Shown: piece after piece, positions 47,939-56,437 of the stretch
Layout: each line of letters begins with the position of its first letter
Numbering within the stretch: the first letter of the stretch is position 1
Source of the DNA: Pseudomonadota bacterium
GTDB lineage: Bacteria; Desulfobacterota; Binatia; UBA12015
Reading direction: 5' to 3'
DNA: 64,000 nt
Assembly (NCBI GenBank): GCA_005777805.1
Contig: SXLG01000018.1
Location: 10,051 to 74,050, forward strand
Made by a program: the position numbers and the translations under genes
Notes under the pieces: model-generated
The model's input: the letters and a program-made list of their open reading frames with translations, nothing else
Database searches by the model: none
Told to the model about the DNA's origin: nothing

Positions 47939-49660
47939 TCAGGCGAGTCGCAACGGCCGCACCTGCGCCTCGGCGCGCGGCGCTGCCTCCGGCAGGGCTG
48001 GCGCGCGGTTGCTGCGCGGTCCGGGCGCTGGCGGGCGGGCCGAGCCACGCCCCTTGTGCCGCTCGACGATCGCGAGCCCCTCGGCGCGCGTCGGGCCGGC
48101 GAAAACCGTGCGTCGGCGTCCCGTGAGCAGCGATTCGGCAAGGTGGGGCAGAATCCTCAGGAGGATTTCCGGGCTGACGAAGCTTGCCTGCGGGTTGTCG
48201 AGCATATTCATGACGCGCATCACTGTGCGGTAGACGGTGGCATCGGCCCGCATTGCCGGGGCGAGCCCTTTCTCGAAGAACGCTCCCGCAAGCCAGCCCA
48301 GCGCGTTTCGCGTCTCCGCAAGGGGTGCGGTCAGCCAGGAGAGGATGCCGGGGTCGGTCCCGTCCTCGGCGGCCACGCTTCTCTGCCGCGCGGCCCTGCC
48401 GAATCCATCCGCCCGGGCGGCTGCTTCCCAGAAGGGGACGATCTCCCGTGCCGCCGCGCGGGCGTAGAGCCGGCCCGCGGCCTGATCGTCACCCGCGGCG
48501 GCTACGAGAGCGTCGTCAAGGAGGACCGCGGAGAGAAGGGCGCTGGTGACGCCGCGACCGTACATCGGATTCGAATGGCAGAGCGCGTCACCGAGCGCGA
48601 AGAATCCTTCCGGGCGCCCATGTTTGAAATTGTGCAGGACGTTGCTGAGGCCGCCCATCACCAGCACGGGAGTGGCGTCGCCGTCGAGCGGTTCGGAGAC
48701 CCCGCGCGCGCGCCACGCGGCAATCGACGGGAACGCCGCGAGCATCGCCTCGAAGACCGCCGGTTCGGCCAGGCTCTTGAGCGGTTCGTCCTCGATCGCG
48801 CTGCCGGCCGTGATCGAGAACGTGCCGTTGTCTCCGGGAAAGGTCGCGAGCTTGATCCAGCCCATGTCCCCGCCGACGAGGCCGGTCGAGAAGCCCCGCG
48901 GTGGCGGTCCCAGCAGCCGGTAGAAGCGCGTGAAATAAAATATGCCTGTCGGCACCGATTCGCTGACTGGCGTCTGCCCACCCACCTGAGCGAGCCACTC
49001 GGCGCCGAGAGCGCGCCGGCCGCTCGCGTCGATCACAATGTGCGCAAGCGTGCGGCGCTCCGGGCCCGAGGGCCTGGTGGCCGCGCGGGACTGCCAGTGA
49101 ATCTCTTCGGATGATGCGTCGTTGGGCAGGGGGGGCGGGATCGATCGCCAACGCAGGCCGCGGACGCGCGGGCGGCGGCCGGTACCTTGCCTGGTACCGA
49201 GCAGTCCCGAGACGTGCACGCCCTCACGGACTTCGATCAGGGGTTCCCGGCGCGCCGCCGTCAAGAGGGCCCATTCGAGGGCTGCGCGACGGTAGGCGAG
49301 CAGCACCAGCTCGCCGTCGCCCTTTTGTCGCGGACCCAGATCGAGCTCGGGGGGTGCGGCCATCGTCAGCGGGACCTCGATGGCGCCGGCCAGACGCAGC
49401 AACGAGAGCACCTCGGGTAAGTGTTCGCGCATCAACATGGTGAGGCGCGCGAGGAGGATGTGGGAGTGCCGGTACTGCGGGACGCCCGGGCGATCCCAAC
49501 GGGCGAAGGCCGCGTCGGGCCCGTCGACCGGGGGGCGATGATCGCGTTCGTGGACGATCACACGGTGTCCGCGCCGGGCGAGCAGGAGTGCCATGCCGAG
49601 GCCGGCGATGCCGCCGCCGATGATCGCTACCCGAGGCGGCTTCCGAGGTCGGCGGTCCAT
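47939..49660 (-). CDS. FAD-dependent oxidoreductase/monooxygenase
   Basis: RVAIIGGGIAGLGMALLLARRGHRVIVHERD (GxGxxG plus an acidic residue ending beta-2). 573 aa, C-terminal region unassigned. Confidence 0.85.
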   Translation of the reverse strand: MDRRPRKPPRVAIIGGGIAGLGMALLLARRGHRVIVHERDHRPPVDGPDAAFARWDRPGVPQYRHSHILLARLTMLMREHLPEVLSLLRLAGAIEVPLTMAAPPELDLGPRQKGDGELVLLAYRRAALEWALLTAARREPLIEVREGVHVSGLLGTRQGTGRRPRVRGLRWRSIPPPLPNDASSEEIHWQSRAATRPSGPERRTLAHIVIDASGRRALGAEWLAQVGGQTPVSESVPTGIFYFTRFYRLLGPPPRGFSTGLVGGDMGWIKLATFPGDNGTFSITAGSAIEDEPLKSLAEPAVFEAMLAAFPSIAAWRARGVSEPLDGDATPVLVMGGLSNVLHNFKHGRPEGFFALGDALCHSNPMYGRGVTSALLSAVLLDDALVAAAGDDQAAGRLYARAAAREIVPFWEAAARADGFGRAARQRSVAAEDGTDPGILSWLTAPLAETRNALGWLAGAFFEKGLAPAMRADATVYRTVMRVMNMLDNPQASFVSPEILLRILPHLAESLLTGRRRTVFAGPTRAEGLAIVERHKGRGSARPPAPGPRSNRAPALPEAAPRAEAQVRPLRLA

Positions 49661-49717
49661 CGCTGTCGACCTATCATCCGATCTCTGCCCGCGTCAGGGC
49701 CGGGAGCCGGAGCGTGC

Positions 49718-49972
49718 GTCCGCTCGCGCGACGACGACGCTCCCGACGGGGCTCGCGAGCACATCGTGCCGGGCGGCTCGACGGGCCCGTCCGCTTGCGC
49801 GACGACGACACCCGGACGGAAGTTCCGATGGCGCTTCCGGGGCGGGAAGCGAACGTGTCGGCCGCACCTGCTCGATCGCTGCTGGATCAGAGTCCGAAGG
49901 TTGGCTTCTGGCGCCGGAGCTTGCCGATCGTGGCGCACCCGCGCGATGGCTGATGGGTCAGAGTCCGATGGT
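49718..49972. repeat. Two pairs of direct repeats, each with 71-bp offset
   Basis: gtccgct[c/t]gcgcgacgacgac at 49718 and 49789 (20/21 identical). cgat[c/g]gctg[c/a]tgg[a/g]tcagagtccga[a/t]ggt at 49873 and 49944 (25/29 identical). Confidence 0.6.
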
Positions 49973-50510
49973 GCCGCGGGGATCCGGCGGTGCAGACCGA
50001 GGCCAGGCCGTGGGTGCGGTCGTGCCGCGACTTGGCGACGGCGCCGACGGCGAGCGCAGCCGGCCGTGGAGGGAATCTCGGCCGCCTGCGCTCGCTCGGC
50101 TGGCGAACGTGCCGCGGCCTTTCCGCGGTCGCTCGCTCGTTGCGTTGGGGTCCCGGACGCAACCGGCGTGCCTCACGGGAGCGAACGTGAAACGCGCCCC
50201 ATTTGCCTGTCTGGACTGTGCTCCGGCTGGCCCGCGCCAGAGGACTGCCCCAGCGGCCGGCGGCAAATCGGTGGCTGTTGGGGGCAAGGGGCGCCGCGCT
50301 GATGAGCGGGCTGCTGCATCGGATCGAGGCGGGCCGGGCCGCGTCGGGGCCAAAGCTGCCTCCCGGCTGAGCAAGTGCACCAATTCTGGGCACGGCCGCG
50401 AGCCGACCTGGCCCCGAAGCCGCCGCACGGAAGCGGCTCAGCCGGGGCGTTGGCCACGTCGTCACCGCAAAGCGGCGTGTCGCGCTGCGAGCACCGTCGT
50501 GCGTCGGAGT

Positions 50511-51410
50511 TCAGCCGGGGCCTTGGCCGCTGCGCCAGCGCAACCGCAGCATCTCGCCGTAATGCAGCAGTCGGCCGTGCGCGCGGTATTGGCGCTCGCG
50601 GTTTCCGCTGAGCGCGTGCGCGGCCCAGGCCAGTGCGGCCAGCGCGAGATTGGGCAGGATGCTGAACAGCAGCGAATTGCGCTTGTGGACGTAGCGACTC
50701 CGGCCGACCCGCCGGTGATGCGCGCGGAAGTAGTCGTCGGTGAGCAGGGTCGGCTCCATCTGGTGCCGCACGCGGGCTCCCGGGATGAAATCGATCTGCC
50801 CGCCGAGTTTTCGGATGCGGGTCGAGAGTTCGAAATCCTCGCTGTGCCCGGATGCCCCCGGGCCCAGCCGGACGTCGAAGCCACCCACCACGGCGAGCGT
50901 GTGGCGACGCAGCGCGATGTTGATGCCCGTCAAGCGTGCCCGGCCCGAGTCGGCCGGATGCTCGATCCGCACCAGCGTGCCGTAGCGTTCGAGACGGGCG
51001 CGCAGGGCAGGATCCTGCTCGGCGGCCGGCGGCCAGAGCACCGCACCCTGCGCGGCGACGCAATCGTGGCTGGCGAAATGGTGCCAGATCTCCGCCAGCC
51101 AGCGCCGCTCGGCGAGAACATCGTCATCGAGGAAGGCGAGGACCTCGCCTCGCGACGCCGCGATTGCGGCATTGAGGGCGCGCGATTTGCCGCGCTCGAG
51201 CACTCGCAGCGTCACGCGCTCGTTTCCACCCTCTCGCCACTCGCGGAGCACACGCGGCGTGTCATCGTCGGAATCGTTATCTGCCACCACGACCTCGTAG
51301 GGCACGCCCGGCGCGTCGATCAGGTCGAGGCTCGCGAGCAGCAAGCGGAGCGAGTCGGCGCGGTTGCGGGTCGAGACGATGACCGAGATCGCCGCCACGG
51401 GCTGGCTCAT
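50511..51410 (-). CDS. Family 2 glycosyltransferase
   Basis: The ATG at 51410 overlaps the ggt stop (ATGA). MSQPVAAISVIVSTRNRADSL, VVVADNDSDDDT, FLDDDV. The ORF-track 624-aa form overlaps ggt and is over-extended. Confidence 0.85.
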   Translation of the reverse strand: MSQPVAAISVIVSTRNRADSLRLLLASLDLIDAPGVPYEVVVADNDSDDDTPRVLREWREGGNERVTLRVLERGKSRALNAAIAASRGEVLAFLDDDVLAERRWLAEIWHHFASHDCVAAQGAVLWPPAAEQDPALRARLERYGTLVRIEHPADSGRARLTGINIALRRHTLAVVGGFDVRLGPGASGHSEDFELSTRIRKLGGQIDFIPGARVRHQMEPTLLTDDYFRAHHRRVGRSRYVHKRNSLLFSILPNLALAALAWAAHALSGNRERQYRAHGRLLHYGEMLRLRWRSGQGPG

Positions 51411-53239
51411 CGCCGGGTTCCGACCGTCGCCGGGGCCGGCGGGGGCACGGCGTGTGTGGGCGACGGGTTTGACTCGCGCGCAGGGGATTGGGCGAGCGCT
51501 GCGCCCCCGCCCTTGCGCGGATCGCCCGCCGCGCTGACCGCTCGTCCGGGCCGCGCGACGGCCAGCGACACGGCAGCGACGCCGGGAATCTCGACGATCG
51601 CGTGGCCCAGCCGAGTCAGCGCCATGCGATCGATCTCGCGCACTCCCGGCTCGACCAGCAGGATGTCGGGTTGCCACTGGTGATGGATGCGTGGCGCTTC
51701 GAGCGCGCTGGCTGAAGTGGCGTCGAGATCGAGGACACCGACCACGGCCTGCAGGGTCGCGCTGACGATCAACGGGCCGCCCGAGGCGCCGACGGCGACG
51801 GTGGCCCGGCCGTCCTCGACCACCAGCGTCGGCGTCATGCTGGAAACCGGTCGCTTGCGCGGAGCGATGCGGTTGCTGCGGCCCGGCGCGAGACCGAAGG
51901 CGTTGGGGGCGTCGAAGGTGAAATCGTCCATCTGGTTGTTCAGCACGATCCCTGTGCCGGGAACACCGATGAAGGCCCCGAAAGCGGTATTGATGGTCGT
52001 CGTGAGGGCCACGCCGCTGCCGTCGGCGGCGAGCACCGAGACGTGTGCGGTGCCGGCGTCGTGCGCGGCCGCGTCGCCTGGGCCGTAGGCGCGGGCGGGT
52101 CGCGTGCGGAAGCTGTCGATGCGCCGCGCCAGCTCGTCGGGGACGGGCAGGGGGGCAAGACGGTCGAATGCGGGGTCGCCGGCGGTGGCGGCGCGGTGTG
52201 CAAAGCCGTGCTTGAGAATCTCGGCGGTGAGGTGAAACAAGGTCGGCGAGCCGGGACCGAACGCTGCCGGGTCGTGCCGGGAAAGGACGCCGAGCGCGAG
52301 CAAGAGCGTCGGCCCGCCGCTGCTCGGGAGCGGCATCGTGTAGACACCCGCGCCGCGGTAGGTGTCGCGCAGCGGCTCGCGCCACACCGGCCGGTAGGCG
52401 GCGAGGTCGGCCACGGTCAGGACGCCGCCGTGCGCCTGCACGGCGGCAGCGATCGCGCGCGCCCTTTCGCCCGCGTAGAAGGCCGAGGGTCCGCTCCGGG
52501 CGATGGCGTCAAGGGTCGTCGCCAGCTCGGGGCGGCGCAGCCGGCTGCCCGCCGCGAGCGGCTCTCCCGCCGCGGTCAGGAAGACGCTCGCGAGTGGTGG
52601 ATCGGCGGCCAGGCTGGCGCGGTTTTTGGCGATGCTCTGGGCGAGATGCGGCGAGACGACAAACCCGGTTCGAGCCAGCCGTGCCGCGGGCGCCACGACC
52701 TCCCGCCAGGCGAGCCGGCCGTAGCGGTGCTGGGCTTCGGCCAGGCCGGCGACGTCGCCCGGAACACCGACCGCGAGCCCGCCGGTGCGGCTGCGGGCCG
52801 GATCATATTTTCCATCCTTGTCGAAGAGGGCCGGCGCGATCGCCGCGGGCGCCGTCTCGCGGAAATCGAGTGCCCACGCGCGGCGCGTTGCGGCGTCCCA
52901 TCCCACCATGAATCCGCCGCCGCCGATACCGCACGAGGTCGGATGGACGACGCAGACGGCGAGGGCTGTGGCGATGGCGGCATCCACGGCACTGCCGCCC
53001 GACGCCAGTACCGAAGCTCCCACCGCCGCGGCGTGTGGGTTTTCGGTCGCGACCACGCCCGCCGCATCGCCGAAGCCCGCGCTTTCGGTCGCGACTGCGC
53101 TCGCCGCCGTGACCTTTGCCTCTGCCGGCGCGCGAGTGGCCGCGAGCGCGGCGATGACGACGAATCGGATCAGCGGACGCAACACGGGACACTCTCGAGT
53201 TCGGGTGGCCGAGCCACTGGACGAGCGGCGATGCCTCAT
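51407..53239 (-). CDS. ggt: Gamma-glutamyltransferase
   Basis: Signal peptide, GGGGFMV, the autoprocessing/nucleophile region DAGTAHVSVLAADG, PGTGIVLNNQMDDF and PRKRPVSSMTPT. Confidence 0.95.
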   Translation of the reverse strand: MRHRRSSSGSATRTRECPVLRPLIRFVVIAALAATRAPAEAKVTAASAVATESAGFGDAAGVVATENPHAAAVGASVLASGGSAVDAAIATALAVCVVHPTSCGIGGGGFMVGWDAATRRAWALDFRETAPAAIAPALFDKDGKYDPARSRTGGLAVGVPGDVAGLAEAQHRYGRLAWREVVAPAARLARTGFVVSPHLAQSIAKNRASLAADPPLASVFLTAAGEPLAAGSRLRRPELATTLDAIARSGPSAFYAGERARAIAAAVQAHGGVLTVADLAAYRPVWREPLRDTYRGAGVYTMPLPSSGGPTLLLALGVLSRHDPAAFGPGSPTLFHLTAEILKHGFAHRAATAGDPAFDRLAPLPVPDELARRIDSFRTRPARAYGPGDAAAHDAGTAHVSVLAADGSGVALTTTINTAFGAFIGVPGTGIVLNNQMDDFTFDAPNAFGLAPGRSNRIAPRKRPVSSMTPTLVVEDGRATVAVGASGGPLIVSATLQAVVGVLDLDATSASALEAPRIHHQWQPDILLVEPGVREIDRMALTRLGHAIVEIPGVAAVSLAVARPGRAVSAAGDPRKGGGAALAQSPARESNPSPTHAVPPPAPATVGTRR

Positions 53240-53422
53240 GCGCGTGCCCGTGTCTCGCGCCGTGCCGGCGCTTCACGACGGGTGTCGCTTGCCATAGCAG
53301 CGGGCGACGAGGGGGCCACCATCGAGCCGCCATCGAGGGCGACTTATCCTGCCGCTCGCGGCCTGGGTGGCGAGCGGAGCCCGCGTCGGACCGCTGCGGC
53401 CCTCGGTGGGGCGCGGCTGAGC

Positions 53423-53508
53423 TGCGGGGGCTGCCCGCGGCGCGTGCTCGGTGCGAGCGCGAGCCTGCGCGGCAGGCGTGCGGGGGCTGCCCGCGGCGCA
53501 TGCTCGGT
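53423..53508. repeat. 30-bp direct repeat (29/30 identical), offset 56 bp, in the ggt / NAGS-like divergent region
   Basis: tgcgggggctgcccgcggcgc[g/a]tgctcggt at 53423-53452 and 53479-53508. A partial third copy (gcgctcggtgcg) lies near 53553. Confidence 0.75.
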
Positions 53509-53580
53509 CTGGCCGCGAATCCGGGTGCTGGCGCGCGGGGAGGTTCGCCTCGGGCGCTCGGTGCGTGCTAGCGCGCCCTC

Positions 53581-54729
53581 GTGCGCAGCCCCTCGGAGAA
53601 AGACTTCTACCTCGAAGACTTCCGTGGCCATGCGCTGCTGCTCGGCGTCGACCGGGACGTGGTCGCCACGGCGGCCCGGCGCCGACGGCTCGCGGCCGTC
53701 GTCGGCGAGCTGATTGACGGTGGAGCGCGCGTGATCGTCGTGCTGGGCGCGGAGCGGGCGACCGACCTGGCTCAGGTGCGCGCCTGGCTCGGGCTGCCGG
53801 CGCCGCGCCGCCGCCGCACCGCCGCTCTGCCCGTCGAGAAGCGCCGCCGCGGCGACGTGTTGCGCTGGAAGGGGGGTGCCTCCGAGATGGCACAGGCCGC
53901 GTGGGCCGTGCTGCGGGCGCGACCGCTCTGCTTGATCGCCGGCCGGCCACCCGCGTTGGAACTCGCGACCGCGCTGGCGGCAAGCCTGCGGGTCCACAAG
54001 CTGGTGATGCTCGCCGGCAAGGGCGGTCTCGCCGATCGCGGCGGCTCCTCGGTTTCGTATATTGACGGCGAGCGTCTCGCGGTCCTGCTGCAAGGGGGCG
54101 AGGCCGAGTTTCAGGGCCTCGGCGCGCGCCGGGCCGAGATCGCGGCGATTGCGCGCGCCCTCGAGGCGGGCGTCGATTCCGCGAATCTATGTCGGGTCGA
54201 GGACGTGGCGCGCGAACTCTTCACGTACGCCGGCGCCGGGACGTTCTTTTCGCTCGACGACCATTGCCGAATCCGTCGCCTCGGGATCGACGATTTCCCC
54301 GAGGTCGAGCGGCTCTTGTTGCGCGGTCAGGCCGAGGGCCTGCTGAAGCCGAGGACGGCGGAGGAGATCGGTGAAATTCTGCTCGACGGCTATGGCGCGT
54401 GGATCGGCGACCGCCACCTCGCCGGGGTGGCCGCCCTCCACAGAGCGCCTTACGCGGCCTGGCGCGTGGCCGAGATCAGCGGCCTCTACGGCATCACCCG
54501 CTTCCAGGGCGAGGGCATCGGGGCGAGACTGGTGCGTTCTCTGGTCAGCGAGGCCAAGCGGGAAGGATTGCGCGGTCTCTTTGCCGTGACCTCGGTCGAG
54601 GGGGCCGCGACCTTCTTCCTGCGCAGCGGCTTCGAGGAAACGCCCCTGGATTCCCTGCCGCCGCCTAAGTTTAGTCGCTACGACGAGAGCCGGCGGGCGC
54701 GCGTGCGCGCCTTTCGCGTCGCGCTCTAG
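53581..54729 (+). CDS. N-acetylglutamate-synthase-like protein (degenerate kinase-like N-domain + GNAT)
   Basis: GTG start. N-terminal FYLEDFRGHALLLGV..VIVVLGA. C-terminal GNAT core: EISGLYGITRFQGEGIGARLVRSLVSEAKREGLRGLFAVT. The specific substrate is not determinable. Confidence 0.65.
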   Translation: MRSPSEKDFYLEDFRGHALLLGVDRDVVATAARRRRLAAVVGELIDGGARVIVVLGAERATDLAQVRAWLGLPAPRRRRTAALPVEKRRRGDVLRWKGGASEMAQAAWAVLRARPLCLIAGRPPALELATALAASLRVHKLVMLAGKGGLADRGGSSVSYIDGERLAVLLQGGEAEFQGLGARRAEIAAIARALEAGVDSANLCRVEDVARELFTYAGAGTFFSLDDHCRIRRLGIDDFPEVERLLLRGQAEGLLKPRTAEEIGEILLDGYGAWIGDRHLAGVAALHRAPYAAWRVAEISGLYGITRFQGEGIGARLVRSLVSEAKREGLRGLFAVTSVEGAATFFLRSGFEETPLDSLPPPKFSRYDESRRARVRAFRVAL

Positions 54730-54734
54730 CCGGG

Positions 54735-54764
54735 CCGAGGCGGCCACGGGCCCGCCCGCCTCGG
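54735..54764 (+). terminator. 9-bp-stem GC hairpin after the NAGS-like gene
   Basis: CCGAGGCGG (54735-54743) pairs with CCGCCTCGG (54756-54764) around a 12-nt loop, 5 nt after the stop. No U-tract. Confidence 0.35.
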
Positions 54765-54909
54765 TGCCGACCCTTCGGCGCGAAGCCCCGCTCGGCCGGT
54801 CCGGAAGGCCACGCAGGCGCGGCGCGGCAAGACGTAAAGCTCGAGTCATGGATGTCGAGTGTCTCGACCCGCCGGACAGGGCGCGCATGTCGTGGCAAGA
54901 GTCCGCGCT

Positions 54910-55263
54910 TCATGCCTGGCCCGGCCCGCGGTCGTCGAGCCCGAGTAGTGCGCGCAGGCGGAAGGCCAGCGCGCCGTCGCCGAGCAGATGCACGCGACCT
55001 TCGAGGAAGGCCGTGTGCGGGGCGAGGTCGCCACGCAGGAGCCGGCAGAGGTCGTCTACACGGATTTCGATCTGCACGTCGGGGTGTGCGTGGCGGCCGG
55101 CGTGAGTTTCGAGGCGGCCACCTTCGATCGTGAGGTGGAACGGGCCGCCGCCGGAGCCGGCGAGCAGCAAGAGAACGGTGGCGCGCAGTCCTTCGACGGA
55201 CGCGGGGGCGAAGCGGCGCTCGAATTCGGCAAGTGCCCAGGCGATGTCGGCGGACTCGGGCAT
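54910..55263 (-). CDS. SCP2 sterol-binding-domain protein
   Basis: ATG at 55263. ..FHLTIEGGRLETHAGRHAHPDVQIEIRVDDLCRLLRGDLAPHTAFLEGRVHLLGD is typical of SCP-2. Confidence 0.7.
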   Translation of the reverse strand: MPESADIAWALAEFERRFAPASVEGLRATVLLLLAGSGGGPFHLTIEGGRLETHAGRHAHPDVQIEIRVDDLCRLLRGDLAPHTAFLEGRVHLLGDGALAFRLRALLGLDDRGPGQA

Positions 55264-55376
55264 TTCTTCCAACCGTGGGGCCGGGCCGCAGGACATCGGC
55301 GACCGCGGCAACCTCAGCATAGAAACTCGGGCATGTCTTCCGACCGCGGGGCCGGGCCGCCACCGGGTGCGCCCGG

Positions 55377-56402
55377 TTGGCTCCGGGGTTGGCGAGTCTT
55401 CTTGCTGCCGCAAGCATTGTCGAGCCGCGATCGCGCGGCGAAGGTCCCCGCGTGCTGGCGTCCGACCCCCGTGATGTTCGTCTGCTCGGGCGCCGCGACG
55501 CGGACTACCCGCGCGCGCTGACGACGATTCCGGATCCGCCCGAACAGGTATGGGTGCGGGGCCGGGACGAGGTCTTGTTCGGGCTCTCGGCTGGCCTTGC
55601 GGTGGCGGTGGTCGGCTCGCGCGACGCGACGGCTTACGGTCTCTCGATGGCCGGTCGAATCGCCGCCGGGCTGGCCGGGTTGGGGATTCCGGTGGTGAGC
55701 GGATTGGCGCGCGGCATCGACGCCGCCGCGCATCGGGCCGCTCTGGAGAGCGGCGGCATGACGGTCGCGGTTCTCGGCGCCGGGGTCGACCGCATCTATC
55801 CGCGCGAGCACTGCGATCTGGCAGAGCGAGTCGCGGCCCGAGGACTCGTGATGACGGAGTTCCCGCCGGGTACGCCGCCGCTCGGCCATCATTTCTTACG
55901 GCGCAACCGCATCATCAGCGGGCTGACGCTGGCGGTGGTGGTGGTCGAGGCGGCCGAGCGCAGCGGAGCTCTGGTGACGGCCCGGCTCGCGGGTGAGCAG
56001 GGCCGCGAGGTATTCGCCGTGCCGGGGCCGGCCGGTGCGTCGCGCTCGGCAGGGCCCCATCGGTTGCTGCGCGAGGGCGCGGGACTCGTCGAGTCGGTGC
56101 AGGATCTGATCGACGCGCTGCCGCCGCTCCAAGCGCTGGTTCGCGGGAAGAGCGCGCTGCGGCCCCCGCCGGCAGGGGCCGATTCGGCGGCGAGTGGCGA
56201 GGGCCGGGCGGTAGCGGGGATTCTTCGGGCGCTCGACGAGGGGCCCCACACGCTCGATGCTCTGGTCGCTGAATTATCTCGCCCGGTATCCGAAATAAGT
56301 AGTGAAATCACGAGCTTAGAGCTATCCGGGAGTGTGGCTCGGGGCCCTGGGGGGCAGTTTTTTCGCACCGGCCGAGGCCCCTCGGCAGGGGCCTCCAGTT
56401 GA
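55377..56402 (+). CDS. dprA: DNA-processing protein DprA
   Basis: VAVVGSRDATAYG, IPVVSGLARGIDAAAHRAAL, TVAVLGAGVDRIYPREH, FLRRNRIISGL, SGALVTARLAGEQGREVFAVPG. Confidence 0.9.
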   Translation: MAPGLASLLAAASIVEPRSRGEGPRVLASDPRDVRLLGRRDADYPRALTTIPDPPEQVWVRGRDEVLFGLSAGLAVAVVGSRDATAYGLSMAGRIAAGLAGLGIPVVSGLARGIDAAAHRAALESGGMTVAVLGAGVDRIYPREHCDLAERVAARGLVMTEFPPGTPPLGHHFLRRNRIISGLTLAVVVVEAAERSGALVTARLAGEQGREVFAVPGPAGASRSAGPHRLLREGAGLVESVQDLIDALPPLQALVRGKSALRPPPAGADSAASGEGRAVAGILRALDEGPHTLDALVAELSRPVSEISSEITSLELSGSVARGPGGQFFRTGRGPSAGASS

Positions 56403-56437
56403 CGGCCCGGCCGGGGGATCGCTAGCCCGGGGGCCGG

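Noticed and set aside
49885-49975. RNase P RNA or another known ncRNA, suggested by 'agagtccga' resembling the GGAAAGUCCGG P4 motif
   Set aside because: The flanking sequence lacks the rest of the P4 consensus and the complementary 3' strand (ACAGAACCCGGCUUA-like). The motif is simply part of a 71-bp-offset duplicate. No tmRNA, SRP or 6S signatures were recognisable by eye.
49593-51683. 696-aa plus-strand ORF, and similar long shadow ORFs (38565..40301 +, 22362..23618 -, 60269..61513 -, 58857..60272 -, 47750..49114 +)
   Set aside because: Each lies antisense to a gene with strong family motifs (GT2/ggt, gltX, beta-helix protein, glnE, trmFO, FAD oxidoreductase), and each translates to non-protein-like R/A/G/P-rich sequence.
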